Counted from the first letter of the whole stretch, positions 38,867-52,371 are shown. The stretch: DNA of 63,369 bases, filler included, from Basidiobolus ranarum (GCA_040143965.1; 54 parts of 54 records of this genome joined end to end with filler, not necessarily neighbours in it); one strand, 5' to 3'. Program-made: numbers and translations. The notes: a model not told the origin generated them from the letters alone.

Positions 38867-39748
38867 ACGTAGAAAATCGTCGTCACCAAGAGCGGTGAGG
38901 TATGAACGACGACGACTGGTGAATGGCAGATACTCATCTTTAACTTCTACCAGATATTCGATATCCTATTTTAGCGGTTAAGTAAAGAGCTCTAGCAATG
39001 TATTAAGCTTTCAACAATAAAGTATTGTTCCAACCTCGCGGCCTTTTTTCTTGTAAAGCTTCGAAACATGATAGTCTACTATATTAATCTTCGTCAGAAC
39101 TATGATTTCGGTAGCACTCAAGTCAGTTTCCCGAAACCTCAAGGTACAGTCATGGACCTTTCAACAGAAATTATCAAGAAATGGAATTAAATACTTGATA
39201 TCGAGGAAACAAGTCTTGTGAAAAAAGGAAATATACCTCTATAACTGCTCTTTCACAAATAAGTCCTTGATATACCATGTAATTCAATTCCGGTGATAGT
39301 ACCACTTTTAGCTGGTCGCGGTTGGAATTAGGTACAATAACGCGTTAGTGCTATCTCAAATGCTTCTTGAATTGCACGAGGAAATACCTTGTGTGCTGCA
39401 TCGCTTATTATCATATCGAAAACATCAACAGTGGAGCTGCCCAGTTCAATTACATTTTCGAAAAACGAACGTGCCCGAGAATCGATGGTGTCTAAAGATT
39501 TCGATACAAAATAAAAATTCACGACATTAATAGACTTTAACAAAGAGAATTCCCGAGACATCATAATACGTTCTCACAACGTCAAATTAAAGTCATTCCT
39601 ACATCTTAACAGTTTCATAACTTGAAGTCGTACGTTAAGTTCAGGAGGGGAAGGCCTACTAGATCCATTCTCTACAGCTTCCTCAAGACTTTCCAGAGCC
39701 TGTTGCCTTAAAGTTTCACATCCCGCTCGTGTCAAAGGTGAAGTCATT
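38867..39748 (-). CDS. Probable multi-exon gene 5' part, unknown protein
   Basis: ATG near 39748 (MTSPLTRAGCETLRQQALESLEEA), exon-like ORF 39328-39564, CpG retained. Exon structure unresolved. Confidence 0.35.
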
Positions 39749-40039
39749 TAGTAGAAACCGCACTCAGCAATTATGAATAAAACAAGTTTCGTCACATAAT
39801 TTATACAGAAAACGCTAGTCATATATTCGATTTTTCAAACTAACTACGAAGGTTGAATTGATTTATGTTAATTTGGCATAATCAGATTTCTGGTGAACAC
39901 GAAATTTTTGATCCTTAGTTTAGTGGTCTTAATATAACANNNNNNNNNNNNNNNNNNNNNNNNNNNNNNNNNNNNNNNNNNNNTTAATTAATTAANNNNN
40001 NNNNNNNNNNNNNNNNNNNNNNNNNNNNNNNNNNNNNNN

Positions 40040-41112
40040 CTATCAGTGACCTTTGAACAAATCTGTAGGTCATGGTATTTTGACTCTGGAGCCTCTCAAC
40101 ATTTCTCTGATAAAAAACTGGTTTAAGACACTCAGAACTGACATAAACAAGGAGGTTTATATGGGACATGACCAGCCACTGAAAGCTCTGAGAGTGTGAG
40201 AAACTAAAGTGGATGTTAGGGGCATCTCTGGGGACATGTATTTAACACTGAAAAATGTGCTATATGTATCTGGGATAGCAAAAAAATTGTAATCAGTGAG
40301 TAAAGCTACATCTGAGGCATATAGCTTTAATTTTGATCAAAATGGCTGAACAATCAGGGATCAAAAAGGGAACTATGTAGCTTCTGGCACTAAGCAAAAT
40401 AACTTGTATTAACTTGATTACATTGAGCCAATATATGAATAAGTTGATAATGCCGCAGCCAAAGAGATAAACTGGAAAATCTGGCATAAAAGACTGGGTC
40501 ATCTAGGAGCTGAAGATATGAGAAATTTAACCAAAAACAAGATGGTTTTGGGACTTAATTTTGTAATTCTGCCAGATCTGGAGCTATGTGAAGGTTGCCT
40601 ATATGGTAGGCAACACACACAACTGTTTGTGGGCTATGGAGTGAGCAAAATATATCAAAATTGGGCCTGATACACTCTGATCTGTGTGGCCTAATGCAGA
40701 CAAAATCCTTAGGTGGAAAAAGGTATTTCATGACCTTTACTGATGATAAGACAAAGTATACTTGGGTGTACTTTCTGGCCAGTAAGGATGAAGCCTTTGA
40801 TACCTTTGAGAAATTTAAAGCAATTTTGGAGGCTGAAACAGGTCTAAAGATTGCAATTATCTGTACTGATAATGGAGGGGAATATACCTCAAAGCTCTTC
40901 TCTAACTTCTGCTCAACACATGGGATAAAACAGCAGACTACAGTGCCATTTTTTCCATAGCAGAATGGAGTAGCAGAACATGCAAACAGATCAATGATGG
41001 AAAAGGCAAGATCAATGCTTTATGCTCAAGATTTACCAAAACAGTTTTGGGCTGAATTGGTTGCAACTGCAGTATATGTTAGGATAAGATGTCCTTCTGG
41101 GTCTTATTGGCT
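40040..41112 (+). mobile_element. Ty1/copia protease-integrase, pseudogenised
   Basis: FDSGASQH, HSDLCGL, TDNGGEY, QNGVAE. Confidence 0.9.
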
Positions 41113-41212
41113 NNNNNNNNNNNNNNNNNNNNNNNNNNNNNNNNNNNNNNNNNNNNTTAATTAATTAANNNNNNNNNNNNNNNNNNNNNNNNNNNNNNNN
41201 NNNNNNNNNNNN

Positions 41213-42230
41213 GGTTCCATCAGCTTGGTTTTTCACAGACCCATTTGCAACCTATTGGCTTTCTTCCTGATGGAAGAGGACTTAAAGCCCATGTTTTATT
41301 GTCCTGAAGTGAAGAAAACCCATCTGACATTGCCTTTTCCCATATTTTTGATTCTGGACACTCCCAAGCGTGATCTAGAGTCTGTGGCTTGTCAAAAAAT
41401 ACTGCATAAGCGTGTACATCATCATTGGATGTATTCCACCAGTTTCCTGGCCTATTTCTCCTTCTGGATGATCTTTGGGGTCCTGAATCATCCTTTGATG
41501 TAATTGGGACTAAAATTGTGTTTGAACAGGGCTCAGATACAGCTGGAATTTTGTCAGACACTTCCTGAACAGTGCTCATTGTGTTTTCTGGATCAACAGC
41601 TGTGATTTGAGGTGAAATATTTGCTTTTCATCAAAAATCACATCTCTGCACTTGATTAACTTCTGATTTCTGGTTTCAGACCGTCTGTAGGCCTTGGATC
41701 CATCACAGTAACCAAGAAATATGCATTTTCTGCTTTTGGGTTCCATTTTTGAGTGTTTTTGAGCTGGAATTAGGCAATATGCTGTGCAACCAAGGATCCT
41801 GAGATGATCCACACATGGTTTTGATCTGTATAGGGCTTCAAATGGAGTAGAATTTTGTAGTAATCTTGTTAGGCAACTGTTTATGATATAGACTGCAGTG
41901 GAGACAGCTTCAGCCCAATATAGGTAATCTAACTTTTGATCATGAAACATTGATCTTGCCATCTCCACTATGGTCCTATTAGCATGTTCTGCAACTCCAT
42001 TTTGCTGTGGAGTATAAGGTACAGTAGTTTGTTGCTTGATTATTTTGGATGCTTTTGGCTGATTGAATGTGCCTCAATTGAGAATCTCTGAGATGTAGAC
42101 AAAGTGTAGAGAGCGCTTTCCTCTGCTTCTTGTGAAAGGCAAGGATAGCTTTTGGTGGTCCCTTTGGCTCTATATCTTCTCTTGTAACAAATCCCCCTAA
42201 ACAATTTAGAGTGCCAGCAAAACCACCTCT
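41213..42230 (-). mobile_element. Ty1/copia gag fragment joined by deletion to integrase-RT start
   Basis: YWAEAVSTAVY, KCIFLGY, IGCKWV. Confidence 0.85.
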
Positions 42231-42385
42231 GGGCCGTGTCAACGTAGTTATATTTTAGAAATCATTTTGTATTGACGAAGTGTATNNNNNNNNNNNNNNN
42301 NNNNNNNNNNNNNNNNNNNNNNNNNNNNNTTAATTAATTAANNNNNNNNNNNNNNNNNNNNNNNNNNNNNNNNNNNNNNNNNNNN

Positions 42386-43458
42386 GCTCGTCAGCTTTCA
42401 GTGGCTGCTTTGAGAGCTGCCCCTACCACCGCTGCTCGTGCCACAGCCACCAACTTTGTTCAGAGTCGTACCCTCAAGACTCTTGACTTTGGAGGAACTC
42501 AGGAGACTGTGTATGAGCGTTCTGACTACCCCAAAGAGAAGCTCCATCAAATCTTTGCCAATGATACCTTAGCTGTTCTTGGTTATGGTCCTCAGGGTCG
42601 TGGACAAGCCTTGAACTTGCGTGACAATGGACTCAATGTCATTATTGGTCAACGCAAGGGCCGTAGTTACGATCAAGCCGTTGAAGAGGGTTGGGTTCCT
42701 GGCAAGAACCTCTTCAGCATCGAAGAGGCCTGTGACAAGGGTACCGTCGTCATGAACTTGCTCTCTGACGCAGCCCAGAAACAACTCTGGTCCACAGTCA
42801 AGCCATACCTCACCAAAGGCAAGACCCTCTACTTCTCCCACGGCTTCTCTGTAGTCTACAAGGAGGATACCGGTATCGTCCCCCCATCTGATGTTGATGT
42901 CATCCTTGCCGCACCCAAGGGATCTGGATTCACTGTGCGCAGACTCTTCCAACAAGGTCGTGGTATCAACTCATCTTTCGCTGTGTTCCAAGATGCCTCA
43001 GGTCAAGCCAAGGAGAGAGCCATTGCTCTTGGTGTTGGAATCGGATCTGGATATTTGTATGAGACCACTTTCGAGAAGGAGGTCTACTCCGATCTTACCG
43101 GTGAACGTGGTATTCTTATGGGAGCTATCCAAGGAGCCTTCCAAGCTCAGTATGAAGTGTTGAGATCCCGCGGTCACAGCCCATCTGAGGCTTTCAATGA
43201 GACTGTCGAGGAGGCTACTCAATCCTTGTACCCATTGATCGGAGAGAAGGGTATGGATTGGATGTACTCCAACTGCTCCACCACCGCCCAAAGAGGAGCT
43301 CTTGACTGGTGGAAGCCTTTCTACGAGGCCACCAAGCCCGTGTTCGAGCAACTCTACACCTCGGTTGCCGATGGCAGTGAGACTCGTAGATCATTGGAGA
43401 AGAACTCAGAAGAGAACTACCGTGAGGGATTAGAGAAGGAATTGGAAGAGATCCGTCA
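42386..43458 (+). CDS. ILV5: Mitochondrial ketol-acid reductoisomerase (both ends truncated)
   Basis: LGYGPQGRGQALNLRDNG, LLSDAAQ, FSHGFS, APKGSG, SDLTGERGILMG, CSTTAQRGALDW, and an N-terminal transit-like peptide. Confidence 0.97.
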
Positions 43459-43558
43459 NNNNNNNNNNNNNNNNNNNNNNNNNNNNNNNNNNNNNNNNNN
43501 NNTTAATTAATTAANNNNNNNNNNNNNNNNNNNNNNNNNNNNNNNNNNNNNNNNNNNN

Positions 43559-43633
43559 TGTGGAAGGAACTCCAGATACGGTACTCAATGCCACTAGTAT
43601 TGTACCAATGAGTTTAATAGAGGCGGTGTACAT
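43559..43633 (-). CDS. Secreted protein N-terminus (MYTASIKLIGTILVALSTVSGVPST)
   Basis: Signal-peptide-like. TATATAA about 65 bp upstream. Not in the ORF track. Confidence 0.7.
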
Positions 43634-44559
43634 GTTAGTTAACTTGATTTGGTTGTAAATTGAATTTGATATGGAGTTGTAGAGAAAAATAAGGCTTATA
43701 TACTCCAGAGAATGAAACAGTTTCAGTAATATTGGCGCTTTATCGAAATTCTATTCTTCTGTCTAGGGTATATTCAGAGGTGCCACTTTGCTCCTCGGCC
43801 TAAGTTTATAGTAACTATCTTTGGTGTGACTTTAACGGCGCGATACATATGTCGATTTACATATTGGGGTTATGAAACTATGTCTATGACGTAGTTCTAC
43901 TGGTACATATTTTAGAATAAATTTTGTTATCAATTTCAAAGAATCCCAGAACTCGGGCCGGCCGATTATTTGTATCACCCGAAATATTTAAATATTATAC
44001 CTATTTGAATCTCATTCTATTGGAATGTATAGAATTGTCTAGAGAGGCGACAGAGTGACCGTGGCGTGGTGAAAAGCAAAAAACTTATTGTTACTTCGCC
44101 AATTTATTTTATTTATATTAGCGGAGAATCTTAACTGGTTATTTTATACTTTTGACAGCATTTCATAAAATGAATAAACTAAATCCAAACCAGAATCGAT
44201 CAAATCAATCAGATGAGTGAATGGATCAGAGCTAGGTTGTTGCCACTTGAGTTACACAAACCGATTATGGTTGGTGGTGTAATGCTTCAAATCTTTCCCC
44301 TCGAGCTATGTTAACCGATATAGAATAATTGCACTTGGGAGATGCTTTGTAGGTTATTAATAGACTTTTGAGCGGTTCATGATCAGTTACAGCATTGGTG
44401 ATTTAATTTTAGAGCTTCGGTGGTGAGTCTAGTTTACATATGAAGCATGGCAAACTCTCACTTTAGGCTGGGTTTTTTTTGGTATGTTAGGCTGAAATGT
44501 TGTATAAAAGTAGTTCAGGTTGTTTGACAGATCCATATTCAATCAAACCTTCATCCAAA
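43634..44559. promoter_or_regulatory. Putative bidirectional promoter
   Basis: TATA-like boxes at ~43696-43702 (-) and ~44503-44509 (+), each 50-65 bp from a divergent ATG. Confidence 0.55.
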
Positions 44560-44631
44560 ATGCATCTCTCTATTACTGCTTTACTAAGTACCATCTTGGC
44601 TACAACTGTTGTATCCGGAGTTCCTTCCGCG
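44560..44631 (+). CDS. Secreted protein N-terminus (MHLSITALLSTILATTVVSGVPSA)
   Basis: Signal-peptide-like, AAAATG context, upstream TATAAAA. Confidence 0.7.
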
Positions 44632-44731
44632 NNNNNNNNNNNNNNNNNNNNNNNNNNNNNNNNNNNNNNNNNNNNTTAATTAATTAANNNNNNNNNNNNN
44701 NNNNNNNNNNNNNNNNNNNNNNNNNNNNNNN

Positions 44732-45804
44732 GTTTTGTGATGGTGAGTAAATGGTCAATCCCAAAGGGATTAAAATTGTGATGGTTTTCCTACAATAACA
44801 ACCCTCAAATTTTTGTTAGGAATATTTAATCACATTTATTGATGATTATACATGATACACTTGGGTCTACTTTATGGAAAGATAAGAAGAAGCTCTCTGT
44901 ATCTTTAGAGACTTTAAAACACATGTGGAGACTGAAACTGGAACTAAAATCAAGAAAATACATACTGATAATGGTGGAGAATATACTTCAACACTATTTA
45001 AGCACTTTTGCAAAGTTCATGGAATTAGGCAAGAAACTACTACTACTTATTTACCTCAACAAAATGGAGTTGGTGAAAGAGCTAACAGGACTATGATAGA
45101 AATGGCAAGATCTATGATAAATGCACAAAATTTGTCTCATACCTTTTGGGTGGATTCTGTTGCTACAACTGTATATCTGAAGAATAGGAGTTTTACCAGA
45201 AGCCTGTCTAACTCTACACCATATCAAGGTTGGTTTGGATTTAAACCTGATGTAAAACATTTGAGTATCTTTGGATGTATTGCTTATGTCTAAAATATGA
45301 CCAAAATAGGCCTAAATTTGATCTAAAAAGTAAGAAATGCATATTTCTGAGTTATTGTACTTAAACTAAGGTCTACAGACTCTATGATACCACAATATCC
45401 AAGCAAATCAAGTCCAGATATGTTTTGTTTTAAGAAAATGAAATGTTTCACCCAAAATGACCTCAGATGATGATGAAAATCAATTTTCTCCTGATTCAAA
45501 CCAAAACAATGAAGAAAATAGCATTCCTGTGGACCCTTCAATCACAATGTTGCCTACTGAATGGCCCAATACAATGACAAAAGATGTAGTATCTGTACCC
45601 CAAAACCAGGAGATTGAATCTCATCAGATATAGCCCTGATAACTATATCAATGAGTCCCAAAATTGGGCCTATGCCTGCACAGCTCAAATACATGAACTC
45701 CAGACTGTAAAAGAGGCCCTGAATGGCCCTCACACAAAGTTTTGGAGATCTGCAATGGCTGATAAGTACCAGGCTTTGATTGATAATGAAACTTGAATTT
45801 TGAC
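44732..45804 (+). mobile_element. CMC terminus B (44732-44820) inserted in copia integrase
   Basis: TDNGGEY, PQQNGVGERANRTMIEMARSM. Confidence 0.88.
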
Positions 45805-45904
45805 NNNNNNNNNNNNNNNNNNNNNNNNNNNNNNNNNNNNNNNNNNNNTTAATTAATTAANNNNNNNNNNNNNNNNNNNNNNNNNNNNNNNNNNNNNNNN
45901 NNNN

Positions 45905-46977
45905 AGTAATCATGTTGAAATCTGACCAGGTACTTGTCCCTAAAATCATGGAGTTTAGTATTGTATTTGGATAGTAGTAATTCATATGCCTGTAAGAGTA
46001 AACTCCATTGATTTGACAAAATCTACAGCAAGATAGTGCATTGAGCCTGCAAAGACCTCCAAGTTTACTGATGGCAGGAGTGTCACCAATAGATACAATG
46101 ATATTAGCTTTAATAAAATATTCCCCCATCTTAACCCCATTATATAACCATTCAAATTCTGCCATCAAAGGCTCCAAGAAGCTTTCTATAAGCACTAGTG
46201 ATTTAGGTCCAGGTATGATGGATAGTATCAAAGTATTATGACCCTTATACCATTCCAAAGGAGGAATATTTAAGTTGATAAAATTTATTGGCCAGCAGCC
46301 TTTCCAACGGTATATTTGTTTAGTGAGAAACCATCCAGAGCCAATGCCAATGCATGATCATATGTGTTCTCAAAGACACCTTGACTTTTCAGATTTTGGT
46401 AGTGATATCCATCAAGTATATTGGTAATACAATCAGCTTTACAGTGAGTACTTTTGTATTAGATCACTGATCTATATTTGGGTGATTTCATCAAAACTTT
46501 AAGACAGTAAATCAATGGTATGTAAGCCAAATATGAACAATATTTACCTGATCCAGTGTTTGCCAATTGTGTGCAAATAGTACATGACTTCAGGTTTTTC
46601 AGATCACCTGTGAAAGCCAAACCACCATTTGGACATGAAGGTAGTTTAATAACCAAAGGATTATGAGTCATGCAATTGACAAATGTTTTCCACTTGTACC
46701 AGGTCTGTGGCAAGCAACAGTTGCCAATCACTCTGGTAAAAGTGTAAGAAAACCAATAAACACCTGGTTGCTAAGATTGGATTGAACTCTCCACTTCTCA
46801 ATAACCAAAGCTACTTCCTTCACAGTAAGTGTTATGAGTGGACTAATGTTTGCCAATAACAAAGAGTCCATAACCAAACCATTATCTTCTTCTTCAACTT
46901 CTGATATACTACCATTGGTACTGGTATAATCAAGGTCATCATCCAGCAGCAAGTCCTCAAAGTTGTCTGGACTTACT
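45905..46977 (-). mobile_element. CMC transposase, pseudogenised
   Basis: ORFs 45857-46258, 46459-46731 and 46728-46952. Confidence 0.85.
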
Positions 46978-47077
46978 NNNNNNNNNNNNNNNNNNNNNNN
47001 NNNNNNNNNNNNNNNNNNNNNTTAATTAATTAANNNNNNNNNNNNNNNNNNNNNNNNNNNNNNNNNNNNNNNNNNNN

Positions 47078-48149
47078 TGGACGTGCCACCATTACCTCTG
47101 GTGCATGGGGGAGCCCGTTGGCTCATAGAGTCTACCATGAGGTATGTATTTGACTGTTGTGGCTTCTTCAAGCTCAGTAGGAGCTTCACTATCTCTCTCA
47201 AACACCCATTGTCTTGGTCCTGTGGGGTTATTCATTGTAACAGATTGCTGTCTTTGTAGATTGCTCTCAGATGTCAGATCTTCATCCAACAGAGTAGAAG
47301 GTTCAATAATTCTTGTGGATGGCCTTTGTTGCTGTCACACACTAGTACATGTTAAGCTGGTATGTCTTTCTGGTGGCTTGCTTCTTGGTGCTGACTCTTC
47401 TCTGGATGTAAAAAGTGCACTGGTTGGTTTGGTTGAATCTGGTAAATTGCATGCTATGATGCATGAGGATGTGGGCTGTCCTCTTTCTGGTTCTTCATTG
47501 ACTGCTTGCTCTTGATCAAAATAGGAGAAACGTCATGGACTCTTCCAAGCTGGCATTGCTGTCAATGTGTACTACTGGCTGATAAACCAAATCATTGAGC
47601 TCTTGCCCTTGTAGGAGATGTTACCTTGATTCTAGTGCTGAGTTGTGTAGATTCTTCTTGTGATATAGATACCTTGTCAGGAGTCTCTTCAATTTGGAGT
47701 GATCTTGTATGTCTCTGCAATGGTCTAGACTGCTTCAATTTGCCAGCAGGAATATCTTCTGATTCAATAAACTGTCATGCTTTTCTCTTTACACCTCTGT
47801 TGATTACTCTGGCCATAGTGTCCTGAAGTGTTGTTTTGAACTCTGCAACCTCCATCAACAGTCGCTGCAAAGTCTCATTGAGTAGTGATTGATATCTATT
47901 TAGAACATCTTTTTTCTCTAAAGTTGAGGCTGCAATGGTTGCTTCTGGTCCATATAAGCAAAAAGGTGATTGGAATCATGTCTTTGTGGATCCAAAATTG
48001 AAATTTTATTTCTCACTTCACACTTTCTTTCCTTATAAGTCTTCTTGTATATTTTCTTGCAGACTTCTGAAGTCAAGAAGATATAGTATTCTCTCCAAAG
48101 CAGAGTTGAAAGTTGCTTACACTGATGTCTAATGCGCCCATCCCCAGCT
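47078..48149 (-). repeat. Unclassified repeat with a long decayed ORF
   Basis: Shares sequence with 12992-13330. CpG-poor, with TGA stops in an otherwise continuous frame. Confidence 0.55.
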
Positions 48150-48249
48150 NNNNNNNNNNNNNNNNNNNNNNNNNNNNNNNNNNNNNNNNNNNNTTAATTA
48201 ATTAANNNNNNNNNNNNNNNNNNNNNNNNNNNNNNNNNNNNNNNNNNNN

Positions 48250-49321
48250 GAATTTTCCACTATATAGCTGAGTAAGTAGTATTGGAGTGTTGTTGAATAG
48301 TAAGTGCATAGTGCCCAATGGGAAGCTCTAGCTCCAGCTGATCCCCTTTTGCAATACAATCTTAGGCTTATGACTAATACCAAGTTTGATGTTAGATTGA
48401 CTATTTGGTGAATTGATATCAGTGATCATGTTGAAGTCTGACTGGGCTCTTGAAGATAAAATCATGAAGTTTAGTGTTGTATTTGGATAGTAGTAATTCA
48501 TATGCCTGTTAGAGTAAACTCCATTGATTTGACAAAATCAACAGCAAGATAGTGCATTGTGGCCACAAAAACCTCCAGGTGTACTGATGGCAGGAGTGTC
48601 ACCAATATGTACAATGATACTAGCTTTAATAAGATATTTACCCATTGGAACCCCATTAGATAACCAATCAAATTCTGCAATCAAAGGCTCCATGAAGCTA
48701 TGTATAAGCACTGGTGATTTAGGTACAAATATGATGGATAGTATCAGAATATTATGACTCTTATACCATTCAGAAGGAGGAAGATTTAAGTTACCTAAAA
48801 TTATTGGCCAGCAAGCCCTTCCAATGGTATATTTGTTAAGTGAAAAACCATCCATAGCCAATGCAAATGCATAATCATATGTGTTTTCAAAGAAGCCTTG
48901 ACTTTTCAGATTTGGGTAGTGATATATATAAAGTATATTGGTAATACCATTAGCTTTATGGTGAGTACTTTGGTATTGGATCAAGGATCTATATTTGGGC
49001 AATTTCATCAGAACTTTAAGATGGGGAAACAATGGTATGTAAGACAAATATGAGCAATATTTACCCAATTCTGTGATTGCCAATTGTGTGCAAACAGTAC
49101 ATGACTTCAGGTTTTTCAGATCACCAGTGAAAGCCAAACAACCATTTGGACATGAAGGTAGTTTAATTACTGAAGGATTATAAGTCATACAATTGACAAG
49201 TGTTTTCCATGTGTACCAGGTCTGTGGCAAGCAACAGTTGCCAATTAACTGTGGTAAAAGTGTAAGAAAACCAATAAACACCTGGTTGCTAAGATTGGAT
49301 TGAACTCTCCACTCCTCAATA
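48250..49321 (-). mobile_element. CMC transposase core
   Basis: ORF 48538-49281: CPNGC, AMDGF, CWPII..NLNLPP, GDTPA. Confidence 0.88.
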
Positions 49322-49421
49322 NNNNNNNNNNNNNNNNNNNNNNNNNNNNNNNNNNNNNNNNNNNNTTAATTAATTAANNNNNNNNNNNNNNNNNNNNNNN
49401 NNNNNNNNNNNNNNNNNNNNN

Positions 49422-50342
49422 ACATAATTTAAGGTCATATTTTCAGTTCTTGATTATAGGGCCATTACTAGGCTCTGAAACCTTTGTGGCACGCAATTCT
49501 GGGCTTTAACTATGATATCTTGATCAGTAGTAGATACTCCAATGCACTACATTTCATCCACTAAAATAGTGACTCTATTAATTAAAGATTTAATGTCTTC
49601 TCATGGCTTCATCTTTAAGTTAAAGGATTGTCTTCTTAGAAACATCTTGTTGGCAGCAGAACTTGTTTGGTAGGTGTCTTCAAAGGCTTTCCATACCTTC
49701 TTGGCAGTTTTAGCTTGGGAACATTGAATTAGTAATTTGTCTTTAACATTAGGACAAATTGTTTTAAAGGGACTTTGTTCTTTTTTGACCTGGAATTATA
49801 CTTTGGTTTCAGATAGTTTTGCATTGCTTTCTTCTCCTACAACAGTGTCCCAGAGTTCTTTTTCTTGCAGAAGCATTTTCATTTTATTGTTGAAACTTAA
49901 TAATTGGTTACATCCAATTTTTCAGAAGATGGGAGAAGTTCCATAAAATTGAGAAGTAGACATTACAGAGAGTGTAAGCTTGGGGCTCATAACCTGTTAA
50001 AGTATTTGTGAACCTGTTGGAAGTGGTTTGGAGAATGAGAGGAATTGATGGTTTGCACTCATTGATATATTGAGTAGAGAGTTGATATTTATAGTTTTGT
50101 CAGTATGTAAACAAACTAAGATGTAGAATGTGTTGAGGAAGATCCCAGGAATATGTGTGCAAAGTTTGGGGCTTCTGGTACAAGTTTGAAAAGTCTATAT
50201 ATCTGAGAACTTCTAAGTTGGTAAAAATATTCCAAGTAAGTTCCAATTGAGAATAATTGATAATATCTTAGCAACTCATAAGATAATTAAGTACTAAGCT
50301 ATATGTGACTATATAGGTGTTTAGGCAATGTTAATTTCAACA
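49422..50342 (-). mobile_element. Copia 5' LTR (family a, 49995-50342), PBS (49983-49994) and gag
   Basis: TG...CA LTR followed by GGTTATGAGCCC. Gag homologous to 19330-19880. Confidence 0.88.
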
Positions 50343-50684
50343 TACAGGATCATCATAATATTGGTGGTAGAGCTTTTGCCTCTCTGTGAGTCTCCCTCCT
50401 CTGGGCCTCATGTTAGCTCAGATACATCCTTGCCTTCTGCATTCTTTCCCAATATATGCCAAATCAGCCATAGTCTTCTCATATCTCACAAATNNNNNNN
50501 NNNNNNNNNNNNNNNNNNNNNNNNNNNNNNNNNNNNNTTAATTAATTAANNNNNNNNNNNNNNNNNNNNNNNNNNNNNNNNNNNNNNNNNNNNCTTAATT
50601 TCTGGTCAATAAATAATTATCTCACAAAGCTATTCACAACTCCACTTTTCTAAAGTTCCTCCAAACAGCCCATATTTTCCCAAT

Positions 50685-51665
50685 AATACAGCTGTAGCAA
50701 CAGATTCCACCCAAAAGTTATGACATAAATTTTATGCATTTATCATAGATCTTTCCATTTCTATTATAGTCCTGTTAGCCTTTTAGCAAGTCCATTTTGT
50801 TCAGGTGAATAGGGAACAGTAGTTTCTTACTTAATTCCATTGAATTTGCAAAAGTACTTAAATAGTGTTGAAGTATATTCTCCACCATTATCAGTATCTA
50901 TTTTCTTGATTTTAGTTCCAGTTTCAGTCTCCACAAGTGTTTTAAAATCTCTAAAGAGAGAGAGAACTTCTTCTTTTCTTTCCATAAAGTAGACCCAAGT
51001 GTATCTTATATAATCATCAATAAATGTGATTACATATCTTTTTCCACCTAAAGATATATTTGGCATAGGTCCACACAAATACAAATGAATTAAATCCAAT
51101 TTTTTGACAGATTTGATTAAACCAGAGCTCTTGAATGGTTGCCTGGCTTGTTTTCCATATATACAACCCTCACAAATTTCCATTTTGGTTGGGGGGTTAA
51201 TTTGAATTCCAGAAATTAGGCGATTTTTGATCATTTTGCTCAAATAATCAAATCCAATGTGGCCAAATCTCTTATGCCATAATTGAATAGTTTCTTGATT
51301 GGAATAACTTATATTTACACCAAAACCTCTTGGATTATATGTAAGTTTGTATAAGTTCTGATCTTTTTCTCCCAAAGCCAAATAATTCCTATTTTGATCA
51401 GTGATGGTGCATCCTGACTTATCAAAATTGAATTTTGGCCATTCTGAGGTGGCCTTGCATACAGATATTGAGTTCTTGGCAATATCTGGAACATGTAGTA
51501 CATCCTTAAAAGTATATACTCTCTCTTCAGAAGTTCCTGTAAAATGGACTTGAATTGTTCCCATTCCAATAGCATCTAATGTGCAGCCATCTCCCATGAA
51601 AACCTTTCTAATTGGGATTTCTTCATATTCCACAAACCAATGTTTTTCATTTGTGAAATGTTGGG
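50685..51665 (-). mobile_element. Ty1/copia protease-integrase
   Basis: ORF 50827-51633: LWHKRFGH, CEGCIYGKQ, FIDDY, TDNGGEY. Confidence 0.92.
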
Positions 51666-51765
51666 NNNNNNNNNNNNNNNNNNNNNNNNNNNNNNNNNNN
51701 NNNNNNNNNTTAATTAATTAANNNNNNNNNNNNNNNNNNNNNNNNNNNNNNNNNNNNNNNNNNNN

Positions 51766-52371
51766 CTGCTTGTGGCAGGACATTTGTTGACTGCAAGTCA
51801 GGGATGTATTGGCTGAATTCTTTACAGAAATTTGCCAAAATCCAAGAGCTTATTCTCATTGTGAATGGCCACAAGAGTCAGCTATTTGTCAAGTGTCAGT
51901 ACTATTCAAAATTTCAGATGTTTAGCAATTTTTCCACCATTGGTTTGTTAGTAGAGCATATTAATGTTGTTGAGTTATGTCTAATCAGTCAAGTATGTGC
52001 ATAAGTAGAGACTAAACACAACAAGATTCTTATATTTTTTGATTCTCATTATTGCTGGAACACAAAGCCTAAAATATCTAAATAAAGGCATGCATATTAA
52101 TTTGAATTCCTACAGCAGTAAACCCAGAAATTTGCCATTTGAAAATTATAATTTTGCAAAAATTGCCGGCTATTGAATAATGCATGCCAAATTTGAGGGT
52201 CAATATTTTAACATGTATGAATACTGTCAGAATACTGTCAAGAAACCATGGTCACACCATCAAAATCCCTGGCAGAACGCAAGCCACCAATTTTGTGATG
52301 GTTCTCTGACAGTTTAGCTCTTTTGGAGGATGGATCCAATCTGGATCAAATTGATTTTATTTTTGTTAGGG
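51766..52371 (+). mobile_element. CMC transposase C-terminus plus terminus A, inserted in copia gag
   Basis: Ends TTTTTGTTAGGG at 52371. Confidence 0.82.

Noticed and set aside
42231..42285. GGGCCGTGTCAACG... as a young PIF/Harbinger-like TIR inserted in gag
   Set aside because: Only 55 bp and a single copy, so it cannot be verified.
42569..43351. Antisense and alternative-frame ORFs over ILV5
   Set aside because: Shadows of biased codon usage in a highly expressed gene.
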